The notes under the pieces: model-generated | Databases searched by the model: none | Told to the model about the DNA's origin: nothing | Seen by the model: the letters and a program-made list of their open reading frames with translations, nothing else | Assembly: GCA_020536535.1 (NCBI GenBank) | Contig: JAHLWZ010000253.1 | Location: 101,154 to 165,153, forward strand | From: Pelomyxa schiedti | Lineage: Eukaryota; Protista; Evosea | DNA: 64,000 nucleotides | Direction: 5' to 3' | Shown here: positions 37,876 through 51,567 of the stretch, in pieces | Layout of the letters: every line of letters starts with the position of its first letter | Position numbering within the stretch: the first letter of the stretch is position 1 | Translations under genes and position numbers: made by a program

Positions 37876-38756
37876 ATGCCGAAGAAAGCAGCATTCGACT
37901 ACGACTACACCATCAAATTACTCGTTCTCGGTGATGTGGGTGTTGGAAAAACGTCCTTGTTGCTGAGGTTCATCCCACATTTTTTTTTGGTTGTTTGTTA
38001 CTAAGAAAGTTCCGCCACAGCTGGACAACGCCTGATTGGAAGCCATCAAAAAGTGCCAGCCTTCCCCCTGGTGAAGACGAAAAGAGTCACCTTGTGTGCG
38101 AGAGAGGAAAGAGACTCATGTTGAAAATTTTCGACACTGGTAGGAGATTGGTGTTTGTTTCCTTTTTTTTTTTTTTCTCGCCTTTGTGTTGTTTTTCGTT
38201 CGCTTTTTGAATAAAAGAATATCCCTGGATAACCTTGCAAAGCTGGCCAAGAATCCCACAAAGCTTTAACAAGTACATTCTATAGAGGCACCCAAGCAAT
38301 CATTTTAGTGTATGATGTTACAAACGAAGAGGTAAAAAAAAATCTCACAAATTCAAAACTATAAAATAACCTGGGTACATCCAGTCATTTTACAGCATAA
38401 AAACGTGGATAACTGAGGCCAACCGTTATTGCACTGATGTATCATATATTCTTGTGGGCAATAAATCCGATCTCCCGGCGCCCAGAAAAGTGCCCCCAGA
38501 GTGGGGAGCTGACTTGGCAAAGGCACACATGATGCCCTTCATAGAAACTTGTGCTCATGATTCTCACTCAGTTGAACAAATGAGTGGTCTGGCAGTCAAC
38601 ACTATTTTGGATGCTTGTGCTAAACCCACAAGTGGTGTGAGTGGAGCAAGCGGTTCTAATCCAGAACTTATTAGACTGGACGAGGCACACACTAGAAAGT
38701 GAGTGCCCCTAATTTCAGAACACTAATTCGTAACTGTTCTGTGCAGGTGTTGTTGA
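37876..38756 (+). CDS. Rab-family small GTPase (Rab1/8-like, divergent switch I)
   Basis: [54 protein letters not shown]-terminal CC. Confidence 0.9.
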
Positions 38757-38816
38757 TATTTGTACAAAAATGAGGGTTGTTTTTGTATTTCCTTGGAAGA
38801 AAGATAAAACACATAC

Positions 38817-41733
38817 TCAGCTGTAACTATTGTTATTATTGTACACAAAAAGCTCCGGTTGCACAGCCCCTCCCATGCACTCTGAACTCGGACCAGAAGG
38901 TGTCTGTGGGGGTTCCAATTTGACACAAATGTCAGCAAAGGATGGCCTCATTGCCGGATTCGAGTTCCAACATTCCGCCATGACATTGGCCACAAAATCA
39001 GGACAATTCTCTGGGGGTGGCAGTCTGTAACCTGTCTCCAAAAGCGAAAGAACATTCTGATTGTCAACTGCTGGATAGGGTGTTTTACCATAGGAAAAGA
39101 GTTCCCATAAAAGAACACCAAATGACCTAGAGGAATGTGAGAACTTGGTAGAGTCAAGTCCCAACTGTCCATACCAAATATCACTATGTGCTGTGTATCG
39201 GCTGTATTGTAGTGCCTCAATGGATGTCCACTTGTATGGTATTGTGTGGTTTGTACTATAGTAGCAGTCATTTGCCAGGATTCTCGACAGGCTAAGAGAA
39301 ATGGGAGATTTTTCTTTTGCACAGAATAAAAAATTACCCAAAATCAGAAACGAGAACATGGAATCCATCTTGGACCCTCTTTTTATTTTAGTACCAAACA
39401 GTATTGCGCAAGTACCTTGTACAGAAGATTAGCGCATCTAAGGTCCCTGTGGACAATTTTAACGGAGGCCAAGTAAGCCATTCCTTCTGCAGCGTGCCGG
39501 GCCATTGTAGTAAGCTAAAGAAAGGTAAGGTAATGCAGCTCAGGGCAAATAACCTGCTCGACAGAGAGTTTTGCCCCTTCAATGCGAAGCAAATTGTCAA
39601 CAGAGCCTTCTTCAAGCTCTGTAACAATGTAAAGAACACCTAATATAATTTTACTGTGAGGTCTCGTAGGATAGCTTAGTATTGCTTACCGTTGTACAAT
39701 GTCATCCCGTAATACATGACGATATGAGGATGGGCAAGTTTGCTCAGAAGAGTAGCCTCAGCAAGTGCGGAAGAGGAAGCAGATGTATTAGTTTGTGTAA
39801 GAATCTTTTTCATTGCAACAGCTGTGCTGTGCCACATCCCTCGATACCTGAGTAATTGTTAACCTTCAATTGCTTATCATCCCAGTTACACTTCGCCATA
39901 GTGACCGCCCCCTATGTATTCATGGGGTACTATATCAGCGAGGAACTTGTTTGTGACACTGGATGAAGTCGATTGTAAGTCCTTGATTTTTTGTATGCTG
40001 TTTGCAATAAGATTGCGGGATCCCATTTTCAGGCCCTGCGTATTGTTACTGGCTCGATGTAATCAGTTGAAAGATGACCATTTCTCGTAGATCTTCAGTA
40101 GACAATGTAAGTAATCTGTCCATGGTAGTTATTTCCTCTTTGACAAAAATTGACATATAACTTTCGCACCCTAGCTTTCTTCCATAGTGAGTTTGAGAAA
40201 AACCAATGCTGCACAGCGAAAGAAAAGGAGAAGGCATACTGACGTAAGAAATTCCGACACAGAGGCGTGTTCAGGTGTCGGCGCCGAGGAATTTGGCGAA
40301 GGAACAGAGATTTGATGTGCTGAGTTTGCTGCTGGGGATAGAGGTGACGGGGGTTTTGGAGTGAATGTAATTAATTCCGAAGTGAGAATAGGGGAATTTG
40401 TTGTTGTTGGTATGCGCGGTGCCAGTGTATTTATTGGTACAAGAGGACATGTATTTTGCCAGGAACGAGGTGACGATGTTGATGTAGTTTGTGATAGCAG
40501 TGTCCTGGGCTGCTCTGGAGAGGCTACATGTTGTAAGCCTTCCGGGAGAGGGAAGTATATATTCAGCCAGTGATGCCAATATGAGATTACCTTCTTATGT
40601 TGTCCAACAAAAATCTACGCTTGACTAGTCAAAAAAGAAAAGGGAATGGCTTGTGTACTAAAAGATCTAGGTTGTGACTTGTACGTTCCAACCATTTCCA
40701 GGCTTCACAGACACAGTGATGTGTCTCAGGCCCAGAATTGAGGGGATTAAGGGCAAACGAAGAGAAAGCGACACTCTTGAGTTTGCAAGCTTCAACCGCA
40801 TGAAAAATTTGTTGGTAGCACCGTGCTGACTGTTCATGAAGTAAAAGTGGGAGTCAAAAAAAACTCAGATACCTCTTGGGCAGTAGGGTCAATTGGATAT
40901 GCCACATGAATGATAAAACGAGCTGGGAGATCATAACTAAAATAAATTTCAATTTCACCTAGAAGCGGTCTTTCCACACACCCACAGGTAACTGTGCATC
41001 CAGAATCAAGGGAGCCAATGGCCTGGCACTCTTTTCTCAGGGCACTCCCAGCCATATCAAACAGTGCTACAGTATCAGGGCTACACAATTGCTCACAATA
41101 TAATAATGGTGAAGAACAAAAAAACCTATTTGGTTTCAAATCATGGCAGGCACTAACAACCACAGCATCAACTTCCAAGCACGTAATATCACCCCTCCAG
41201 CAGTAAACCTAAACAAAAAACAATAAAAGGGTTCGAGGGGGGGAGAATAAGGTGGAGGAAAAAAAAAAATAACAAATAAATAAATGAAACGTCTCACACA
41301 ACTACAAAAAAAAAAAAAAAATTTGCAAATGTGGATTCATTTCAACGGGAACTCGCACACCTTCGGGCTGATCCTGGGTGATTTCATCCCAGGGTCAACA
41401 TCTATACCCTCCACGTCGATAGCAGCCGGCGCGCCAACTGGTTCGTCTCCATTGTACCTCCTCGCGTCGCAAAGTAACTCATCGGGCGTAACAGGCCTAA
41501 CCCCCTGGTGATAAAACCGCCGTCTATCCGCCGTGGCTGCGTTGGCGTATCTGCGTGGTAATCGCACACAAATAACAGATAGAGACAAAGGTTAGTGTGC
41601 GGCGGGTCGCCTCACTGACTAATTTCGCAGTTGCGATGGTTGTGTCCGGTTTGCGATGTGTGTACCTCTGCCATAGGCCTCTGACGACCGAGGGTTGCGC
41701 CGCTTGGGAGGCGAACGGTGGCTCAAAGTGCAT
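38817..41733 (-). CDS. Macro domain - SAM - tyrosine-kinase-like protein
   Basis: Macro: WRGDITCLEVDAVV..AGSALRKEC..YDLPARFIIHV..SVAF..YFP. SAM: LGCESYMSIFVKEEI..LLTLSTEDLREM. Kinase: GGGHYGEV, HRDLRCANLL, IPYKWTSIEAL, SFGVLLWELFSYGKTPY. Confidence 0.85.
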
Positions 41734-41919
41734 CGAAATTACGTGCAATCCGGTTGTGGGAGTTAGGGGAATTGCCCCCACACGAGGAACCTCGGCTCTA
41801 CGCCCGTGAACTGATTTTGTTGCACTCCACTCAAAGGTGCTGTAAGGGTGTCTCCCGAGGTAGCCAAGTTGGGTGCCTCTCAGGTGAAAAAAAAAACCAA
41901 CAAGGGGCTTGTTGCAACA

Positions 41920-44900
41920 ATGCGAGGGATGAACAACGGCGTTGTGGGCTGGGGAGACCCGGGCGACCCAAACCCAGGAGGCTCCGCAAGTGCTACCGCG
42001 CCTTCTTCTGCTGCCGCCGAGGCGGCGTTCCGTAGCCCCTGGGGCGCCGCGCCGCCTTCACGCCCAGGCGGCGCCTCTCCCCCTGGCTTCCCCACTTCAT
42101 TTCCCCCTGGGCCGCCACCCTTCGGCCCCGCGACGCCGCCGCTGGTCGGAGGCGGAGGCGGCGGCGGTGGCGGCGCAGGGAACTACTGCCAACCGCAGCA
42201 GCACTACACACCAACACCGTCTCCGTCACCGTCACCGTCACCGTCACCGTCGCAGCAGCCGCCGCAGCCCTTCTGGAATGCCAACAACACACCCAGTACC
42301 CCTCAGTTTCAATACCAGCCCGGAGGCCTCGGCGGCGGGCCGCTGGGATTTCGCGATGGCGCGAACTTTGCCCGCGCCGACCAGGCTGCGGCTGCTGGAC
42401 CCTGGGGGGGGATCCCCCCGCAGAGGGACAGCCCCCCCTACACCTCCTCGCCGCCGCCGCCGCACATGGGCCCCTTCGCCCCTCCGCCGATGCCAGTGGA
42501 AGACCACTCTTCGCCTCCTCCTTCTTCAATGCTCTGGGGAGACGCCAGCCAACCGATTTCTGGGAACCTGCCGTATCCTTCACATTCACATTCACAGCCG
42601 CCGCCCACTTCGCCGAACTATCCCCCCTCTGCTTATTCTTCGCCACCGCCTTTCCAATTTCACAACAACACGCGGCCGCCGCCGCCACCAAACATTGGAC
42701 TCATCCAGAGTGTGTCCGTCACATCACCATGTATATCTAATCCCTCAAAACACGTACTGTTCAAAATCACAACTGTATACTCACTAACCTCTGGGCCCAC
42801 TTCACCACCTCTTATGCACGACGTTTTCCACCGGTACAAGTATGTAACCAGCGCCTCACGGTCCAAGTAATTCACATGCACATAGTGATTTTGCTAAGCT
42901 TGACACAGAACTGAACTTTAAAAATCTGCCCCCAAAATGTTTCTTCCCATTCTTTGCTTCCCGTTTTCTAATTCAATCCTTTCCTCAAACAGCTTGGATC
43001 CGTAAGCTGTCTTCTACAAAGAACTAATTCCTAATGACCAACTTAAGAATACTACGACAAAGCTTTTCTTGACGACCGGTGTAGTAAATTGAACACATAT
43101 GTCACTCAAGTGCTTATAAGGCTGAAAGAGCCAACCTCCCATGATGTTCAGAGAAATAAGTTTATTAGATTTCTCTTGGAGGGTGAAGTAAGGCTTCACC
43201 ACAAATCATCAAATGTCTTACTTAGTATAGAACGTATCTGGTATGTCAGCTCTTCAGCCTCAATCTTCGACAATGGGCTATGCCCTCTATGTATTAAACG
43301 AAACATATCAACAGCAAGTGGTTGGAGATAAAAGAAAAGAACTTGATGACTACAAATTTTTGATGGATGTACTTGATGAATGGAATTTGAAGACTGAACA
43401 TTGGCTTTGGAACAAATTCGTGATAGGAGTTTTTGGAATTACCTCCGCAGGAAAGAGCGCATTCATCAACCACATCTTTACAATTCCTGTCACGCGGTCT
43501 AGCGTACGTTTTCAGACCCACAATTTGAACTTAGATGCAATGATAGATTGGTCATTGTGACACAAAATTTACAATCCTAGAAACTGTTTCAGAGCTGGAA
43601 TTTCAGCAGTTATGTGACTGTCCATATGCTGATCTTCCCTTCACTCAAGAACAACTTATGCACCCGCTTCCGAAGTCTGATCAAGAAATTGCTACTGACA
43701 TAAGGTGCATGTTTGAACGCAAAACCTTGAGTTAACTGTCTAGTAAAGGATGGGGCATGTATTCATGCACTTAGATGCCCCAAAGACTCTCCGAAGGTAT
43801 CGATACCAACTCAGGGAATTCCATGAACACTTGCTGAAGTATGATAACATTCGTACAATCGTCATCAACGAGAAATACCTGTTATCAGACAATCCACGAG
43901 ACATGTAGAACAACATTTTCCTTTCTTTTACTTATGTTTTGGCAAGAGAACTCGCTAGAAGAATCATTGTGATAGATTCTCAAGGGCTAGACCAAGCCAC
44001 TCCAGATCAGATGCACGAACAAATGGACAACTTGCAGTCTCAAATTGCCACAATGCAACTCTTCATTCATGTATGTCATGTGCGAAGAGAGTGACGTTTA
44101 GTACAAACTTCTTGTATAGATGTCCGACTGCACCTTGTTCCTGCTACCTGTTGGGGAAGTGCACAACTGTGCATGGCAGATTAGACTTTTTGAGCTTAGT
44201 GTGCTCTATGCAATTGAAGGAGAAGAATCCGTGTACGTAGATATCATTTTGTCACACGGATATCTTATTTCTTCCTTAGTAAAGCTTTACTCAGTTGCAA
44301 TAGCTCGAATATAGCGGCAGAGCAAGTTGGTGGCTCACATTGGGGACTCGGGAAGTTGATTGACCTTGTGCTATGCCCTCAAGTACACCTAGCTATTGCA
44401 GCGGCAAAAGCGGTGAGGGCCGCAGTTTCAGCCGTCAGCGGTGATTCGCGGGGTGAGACGGATTTCAATGGCGAAGGTCTGAGGGGGAGTTCACATTGGT
44501 CCAATGTTCTATTCGTAATGACCAAACTCGATCAACTTGCAGAGAACTGCCGCAAAACCCACACAAATAAAGCACGCGCAGAGAAAGAGGTAACTTTCTA
44601 CCTACCTTATCAAAATGATCAAAGAAAACAGGCTCACTACGAACTTGGGAGGCTATTTGGGCGCTCCATGATATGCGAACCACCTCCTTTTGGGCAGTGT
44701 TTTACAATCGGGCTGCCGGAACTGCAACGTCCCGATGAAGAGCAAGTTACAGGCCATCTTCACAACCTCAAAGATAGCTTCCTCAACCGGTCGAAAATGG
44801 TAAATTGTGACTTGAAGTCACTCCTCCCTCCTCATTACTAGACGGTGAAAATTCTCAATACAATAATTCATGTGGGCACTCAATACATGCACTCACTACC

Positions 44901-45083
44901 TCACAGAGCTCTTTCATCACACGCCGGGATGAAATTCTACTCCGGCTGTGTAACCAGCTGATGGATGCCTATAACATCTCAAAGTGGTCGCCAAAGTATT
45001 ACAACCAATGGTGGAATGGGGGCGTCAACCGCATCACGGTTTTGCAACAGAACCTCAAGGCCAAAACATACAGTTCAATGTGA
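41920..45083 (+). CDS. Pro-rich + PX domain + dynamin-superfamily-like P-loop GTPase
   Basis: PX: HVLFKITT..VFHRY(S)DFAKL..LPPK. GTPase: GVFGITSAGKSAFIN (G1), IVIDSQG (G3), FVMTKLD (G4). Confidence 0.7.
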
Positions 45084-45287
45084 AATCCAACATAGAATTG
45101 CACCTCTCACCGGTCAAAGGTAAAGAACCCACCCAAAAACGGAGGCCGTTTCAGTCCGTTGATAAATTTCTTCTTTTTGGAGAAGCTTCTACAAAAAAAG
45201 GAACAACAAAAAGGGACTCCGGACGCTTAAAAAAGTAAAAGTAAACAACAAAACAAACAACAAAAAGAACAACCAAGCGTAAAGGAG

Positions 45288-47240
45288 ATGAAGACAACAC
45301 AGAGATTCGGTGGCAGCCCAAAATGCTTCGTGTGCGGCAAACCCGTGTATTACAATGACCAAGTTATGGAAGGTCAAGCAACGCTGCACAAAAATTGCTT
45401 TCGCTGCTTTGTGGTACCTTTTTTTTTTCCTGAGCCGAGAACACAAACTTCGTTTTTTTTTTTTTTTTTTTCTCATTTTTCATTCCCCGCAGTGTTACAA
45501 AAACCTGAATGGAGTTGGAGGAGTATTGTTGAATGAAAGAGTTTACTGCGCTACGCATGGTACTCCTGGTCAAAATACCTCTGCCTCCCTTATCAGGCGC
45601 AGTATAAGCCAGCCCATTAATGTCCCAACCTCTGAAACTACCACTACCTCATCTACCGAAAGCACTTCACCTGGGATCCGTGCTCCAGGATCCCCTCACG
45701 GCAGCAGCCCTCCTACCCCAGGGACATCGCCTCGCCGTTCTGACACGTGGCAGCCACAGACAAATGCTTTGAACAAGGGATATGATCCGCAAAGGAGCGA
45801 AGGCTCTGCTATTGTCCCTGTCTTCCGTACTTCTACATTCGTGTTTAAGAACTGCGCCGCTGGCAAGCGTGCTTTTGAGTTGGCTTATGGCCTCGCTCCA
45901 GCTCTTCCCGGCGAGAGCCCAGCTTTGATTTACTCCCGTGTCAATAACCCGAATAGTGAAATTGTAGAGGAAAGACTCGTTGCATGGGATAAGATGGAAA
46001 AGTCCCTGTTGTTCAGCTCGGGAATGGGTGCTATTTCCAGCACATGTCTCACTTTCCTGAGGCCTGGTGACTCTTTACTCTTCTCTGATCCTGTCTATGG
46101 TGGAACGGAGTTCTTTTTCCGCAGAATGCTACCAGAATTTGGTGTCAAGACCGCGTGTTTTGCTGCAGGGGCTACTGAAGACGAGATGAAAGCCGTCATT
46201 GAAGCCAATGGAATGGGGGCAACACTCAAGATAGTCTATCTAGAGGTATCATTACTAAGCTCTGCGCGTTCCCTAATCCCTCTATAGTCACCTGCCAATC
46301 CCACTATCATGCTTTGTGATATTGAAGCCGGAAGAAAGGTTGCTGATGCCTATGCTCGCAAAGCCTTCAAACCTCTGCTTATTGTTGACAACACTTTCTT
46401 GGGTCCAATTTTCTGCTCTCCGTCTAAGGTATTGCTTCCCCCTTTCATTCGTCAACTTACTCGTGCACAGTTTGGAGCTGATATAATTGTTTACAGTGCT
46501 ACCAAATTCTTTGGTGGACACAGTGACGTTGTAGCCGGAGTTGCTATGGCCACTGATATGTTGATATCTCAAATCAAAGGCACCAGGTCCATCCTAGGAT
46601 CTTGCAGTGATCCAGACACTGCTTGGCTCATTCAACGTTCCCTCGCCACACTGAATCTGCGCATGCAGAAGCAACAAGAAACTGCACAAGAAATTGTGGA
46701 ATTCCTGTTGACATCCCCTAAAGTTGTCTCTGTTTCATATCCGGGATTGGAAGCAATGGGTTCCAGACAAGTAGAGCTTTTCCATAAGCAATGCACAGGC
46801 AGTGGCTCTTTGATTACTTTCAATGTGGAGGGAGGTGAAGCTGAAGCGTTCCGATTCCTAGATTCTCTAGAGAGCATCAAACTCGCAGTCAGCCTTGGCG
46901 GAGTCGGTGTGGAACCTCCCTCTTAATTCTTTTTGTAGCTTTTTCTTCATTTCTTTCCCCCTTCCCCCCTTTCATTTGTTTTGTTTTTCTTTCCCTGGGC
47001 TTCCTCCCTCCTTTTTTTTTTCTTTTTTCTTCAGAGTCTTTGATTGAGCACCCCTACACGATGACGCACTCGGGTATTGTCCCCCGTTCGACTTGGCTAC
47101 TTCCTAATCCTTTTTCAGATATGACCACAGAAGAGAAGCTGCATGCTGGGATTACCCCCTCGATGATAAGGATGAGCGTCGGCCTTGAGGACCCTGAGGA
47201 CATCATCGCCGACCTCACAGTTGCCCTCAGTGTTCTGTAG
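45288..47240 (+). CDS. LIM domain fused to Cys/Met-metabolism PLP enzyme (methionine gamma-lyase / cystathionine gamma-synthase family)
   Basis: LIM: [32 protein letters not shown]: [72 protein letters not shown]. Confidence 0.9.
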
Positions 47241-47520
47241 ATAGGTGCGTTCTGTTAGAGTAAAGAAAAAAGGGAAAAAAATAATTCTTCGTTTGTCGAA
47301 AGTAAACCACCGTCTTTTTCTTCTTCGTAGTTTTCTGGTCGCAGTGTTGGTGTTCAACACACCTCAGGGATGGTTTTTCTGATTGAGTATATCAAATTGG
47401 CTCTTTTTTCGCAGTTGGGTTTCTAAATGTTTTTTATTTCGTTCATTTTCCAATTTTTTTCTTCCCCCGAGGCCTCGGTGTCGCGTTTGTGGTTCGTGGT
47501 TGAGTGTTTGGTTTTTAAAG

Positions 47521-50500
47521 ATGTCGGACCCAGCTCATTCCCTTGAGGCGAAGAAACCGCCGGAGCAACCGCCGCAGCCACTATCAGCCCCGTCATCACA
47601 GCAGCAACAGCAACAGCAACCTGCTGTAGACACCAACAAGTTAGCCGAGTCGCGGCCCCAAGCGACCGCCGTGCCCGCGACGGAGCCGAAAGACGACGCC
47701 GCGGCGTCCCAAACAAAGAAACCCACCACAACCACAACCACAACCACCCCCACCCCCACCATCACCGCTACACCCCCAGTGCCATCACCGGCAACTGCAA
47801 CGACGACGACGCCGCCACCGCCACCGCCACCACAACAACAACCGCAACCACCAACAGCTGCACCAACACCAACTCCAACTCCAACGCCAAAGGCAACCCC
47901 AGCAAGCGATGATGTGCGGGGGCAAGACGCTCCCGCAAAAGTAGCCGCAGTGGAAACTACTGCGGCACAAACAAGTGCCACGCTGCCACCCACACCGGCC
48001 CCAACAACAACAGCAACAACCACACCCGCGCCTGCACCACCCCCCGCTTCTACTCCTGCGCCCCCACAGCAGCAGCAGCAACAAGCGACCGCGGTGCATG
48101 TGCTCCCTGTCACACCACCCGCTTCGCCTTCAACTGCAACTGCAACTCCCATAAGTACACTCAACCAAACTCAAACTTCAACTTCCCCTACCACTGCAGC
48201 TGCCCCCACCGCAACTCCAAATCCAACTGCAACACCCACACCAACACCCAATGCAAGCCCAACTCCCACAATTGCGGCAGCTACTGTGTCGGCAGCGGCG
48301 ACCACCACGGCGTCTTCTAGCTCTGCAGCTTCTTCTACAACAAAAGTGCTTCCAACAACACCCCCTATTCCCGACGACGACGACGACTTGGCTGCTCTGG
48401 CTGCACATTTCGACCGCATCGCTCTCAAGAAGTCTGTAGAACGAGACTCCAATTCGCAGGCACAGGTACCTGTTACTGGAGTGGCAGAAAACATGGAACC
48501 TGAACCTCAGAGCGGTAACATTGAGTACAAATTAAAACTCATTGATCCCACCCCACTTCGTTTTGAGCACCTAGTGACACAATTGAAGGTGATGATCCTT
48601 CTTTCTCTCATACATCTTACTTACTTGCAATTGCCTTCTGTAGTGGCGCCTTGGTGAAGGAAATGGAGAGGCTATATACGAAATTGGTGTGGAGGATAAT
48701 GGTGTTCCTGCTGGTTTGTCAGAGGGAAATATGGACAAGTCGCTTGCAACATTAAAGCGAATGACTGAGGAACTTCATGCAGATATGACCATTTTGAGAA
48801 AGAGAGAAGGTGTTTCTGGTCAGGTAATTACCTGTTCCTTGTTCTTCTAGATAACTTTTGTAGGTAGCTGAGGTCCTTGTACGTCAATTCAACAATGTTG
48901 ACTGCCTGGAAATACGAGTTGCGGTTGTGGGTAATGTAGATAGCGGAAAAAGCACACTTCTGGGTGTACTCTCTCGTGGCACATTGGATAATGGTCGTGG
49001 TCTTGCAAGGCTTAACATTTTTAGAGTAGAACCCAAATCAAACCAACACAATCTTACTAGTGCACAGCACAAACACGAGATAGAAACCGGTCGCACATCC
49101 AGCATTGGGCATGAGGTCCTTGGTTTTGACAGTAAGGGTGAGGTGTGCTTTCGAAACAAGGAAAGCCATAAATAAACAATTATAGTGTGTGAACTATGGA
49201 AAAGCACATGGAAGTCAGCCATCACATAGTGACATCTGCAAGCAATCGTGCAAGGTTATTAATTTCATTGATCTCGCTGGTCATGAAAAATATCTGCGTA
49301 CAACTTTGTTTGGGTTTGCACTTCTCTTTTTTTTTGGCAATAGTAATAGGAATTCCCCTAAGCTTGACTGGTCACGCACCTGATTTTGCTATGCTTACTA
49401 TTGGCTCCAACATGGGTGTAATTGGAATGACCAAGGTCGCAAGTTTTTCGTTCGATTGGATCCAATTCTCCTTTAGGAGCATCTTGGAATAGCTCTAGCC
49501 TTGAGAGTACCAGTGTTCATTGTTGTCACCAAGATAGACATGTGCCCGGAAAACGTAATGAATGAAACTCTGACGCAGATTAAAAAAATTCTCAAATCCC
49601 CTGGTGCTAGGAAGATTCCTTTTGGTAGGATTGCTTTTCTCCTCTTTTTTTTTAATTAAATGCCTTGCCCAGTGGTAAAAACAAAGGATGACATTATTGT
49701 CTGTGCTCGCAACTTCCTTTCTGAGAGGTACCTAATCCTAATGTACTTACTTTGCCTTTTAACTTGCTTGCCTCAGGATAGCCCCAATTTTTTGTGTCAG
49801 TAATGGTACCACCTCTTTTTATTCGATGTTGTGCTCATAATTTCACAGTAACTGGTGTTAGCCTTGATCTCCTACGAATGTTCCTTAACTTACTGCCTGC
49901 GAGTAGGGATTGGGAGAAACTTGGTATCCTTTTCAAATTTTAATGGGAAAAAACCAACTTTATTAGCCCAGGAGCCTCTAGAGTTTCATATTGATGCAGA
50001 CTGGGCCGTTACTGGAGTTGGGACAGTTGCATCTGGGACCCTCCTCAAGGGAAGCTTAGAGTGCACTGACAAGGTACTGTTGGGTCCAGATCAGTTTGGA
50101 AATTTCAATCCTATTCTCATCAAGAGGTAGACATATTTTTTTCCTTCACACAGTCTAAAACTTCTAGCATTCATACAAAGAGAATGGCTGTGAAACAAGT
50201 CAAAGCTGGACAAACAGCATCTGTTGCTATTAAAAAACTTCTCCGTAAGGATGTCCGAAAAGGAATGGTCATCGTTCCATTTGATTCACACCCTACCTCT
50301 TGCGTTGAGTTTGAAGCTGATATTTTGGTGCTGTACCATGCAACTACGATCGCCCTTAATTATGAAGCTGTTATCCACTGCAATGCCATCAAACAATGTG
50401 CCAGGATTGTCAGGATGGTGGACTCTGCCGTTCTTCGAACAGGAGACAGATGCAAGGTTATCTTTAGGTAAATTATGTTTGCATTGGTTGTTTTCTACCT

Positions 50501-51479
50501 CTGCCGTAGATTTTTGTATTGGCCAGAATTTTTATCGGCCGGCTCCAGGCTTATCTTCCGGGAAGGTCATGCAAAGGTTTGTCCTCCATCGAAGCAATTC
50601 TAGAGCACTTACATTACGTAAAAGGGTATTGGGAGAGTTGTCTCAGTCATTCCGTACCACGGGTATTTAGATTTAAAATATCAAGCACAACACTGAACTT
50701 TCTTCACAGAGGGCAACAATTAGACCACAAAAGCAAAAAGTTGGGACCACAAACGGAAAAAACAGCCACCACGACTGCTACGACTGCCACCCCGAGCCCC
50801 ACTAGCACCACAACAACCCCCACCTCCACGGCGACTACGAAGTCAGACAACCCAGGTTCCACCCACCATTGCTTTTATTTTATCGGAGGTAACGAATTAC
50901 CACAATGCAGGAAAGAAACCCACTCCAGGCACTGGAGCACGACCCCCTGCAGCCAAGCCAGACCCCACTAAGCCTACTGGAGGTACCACCCACTTATTTT
51001 TCCATGTTTTACTTTAACCGAAATTCCACCCAGCAAAACCAGCACCTTCAAAGCCCGGGCCAAGGCCAGGAACAGGAGCCCCAACAACCCCCAAGAAACC
51101 CACACTGCCCACTTCACAGCCAACAGGCTCAACCAAAACACGAGCAACAGAACCCCCCAAAACAGCCACTGGGGCAGCAGCCACAAAGCCAGCACCGGCA
51201 AAGAAACCAGAACCAAAAACAACAACAACAACTCCGGCGTCAACAGCAACTCCCACAACCACAACAGCAGTAACAGCAACCTCAGCATCACCAACACCAA
51301 CAGCAGCCCCCAGTGAAACCACCAAGGCAGTAAAGAAGTCGGAAACAGGCGTTAGCGTTGTTGCTTCAGATAACAAGTCGACAGCCGAGAAAAGCGTGAT
51401 ACCACCAAAAGCAGCCGACACCAGTTCAGAAACAAAACCAAAGTCCACAGCTCCAACAACCACAGCATCATCCAGTTAA
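47521..51479 (+). CDS. GTPBP1/GTPBP2-family translational GTPase with Pro/Thr-rich termini
   Basis: [61 protein letters not shown]. Confidence 0.93.
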
Positions 51480-51567
51480 CACAGAGATAAAGTTGGGGAA
51501 GTTTCTAAACTCTTTTTGCACATGTCATGTACTTTTTTTTGCCACGTGTGAAAAATTTGCTTTATCG

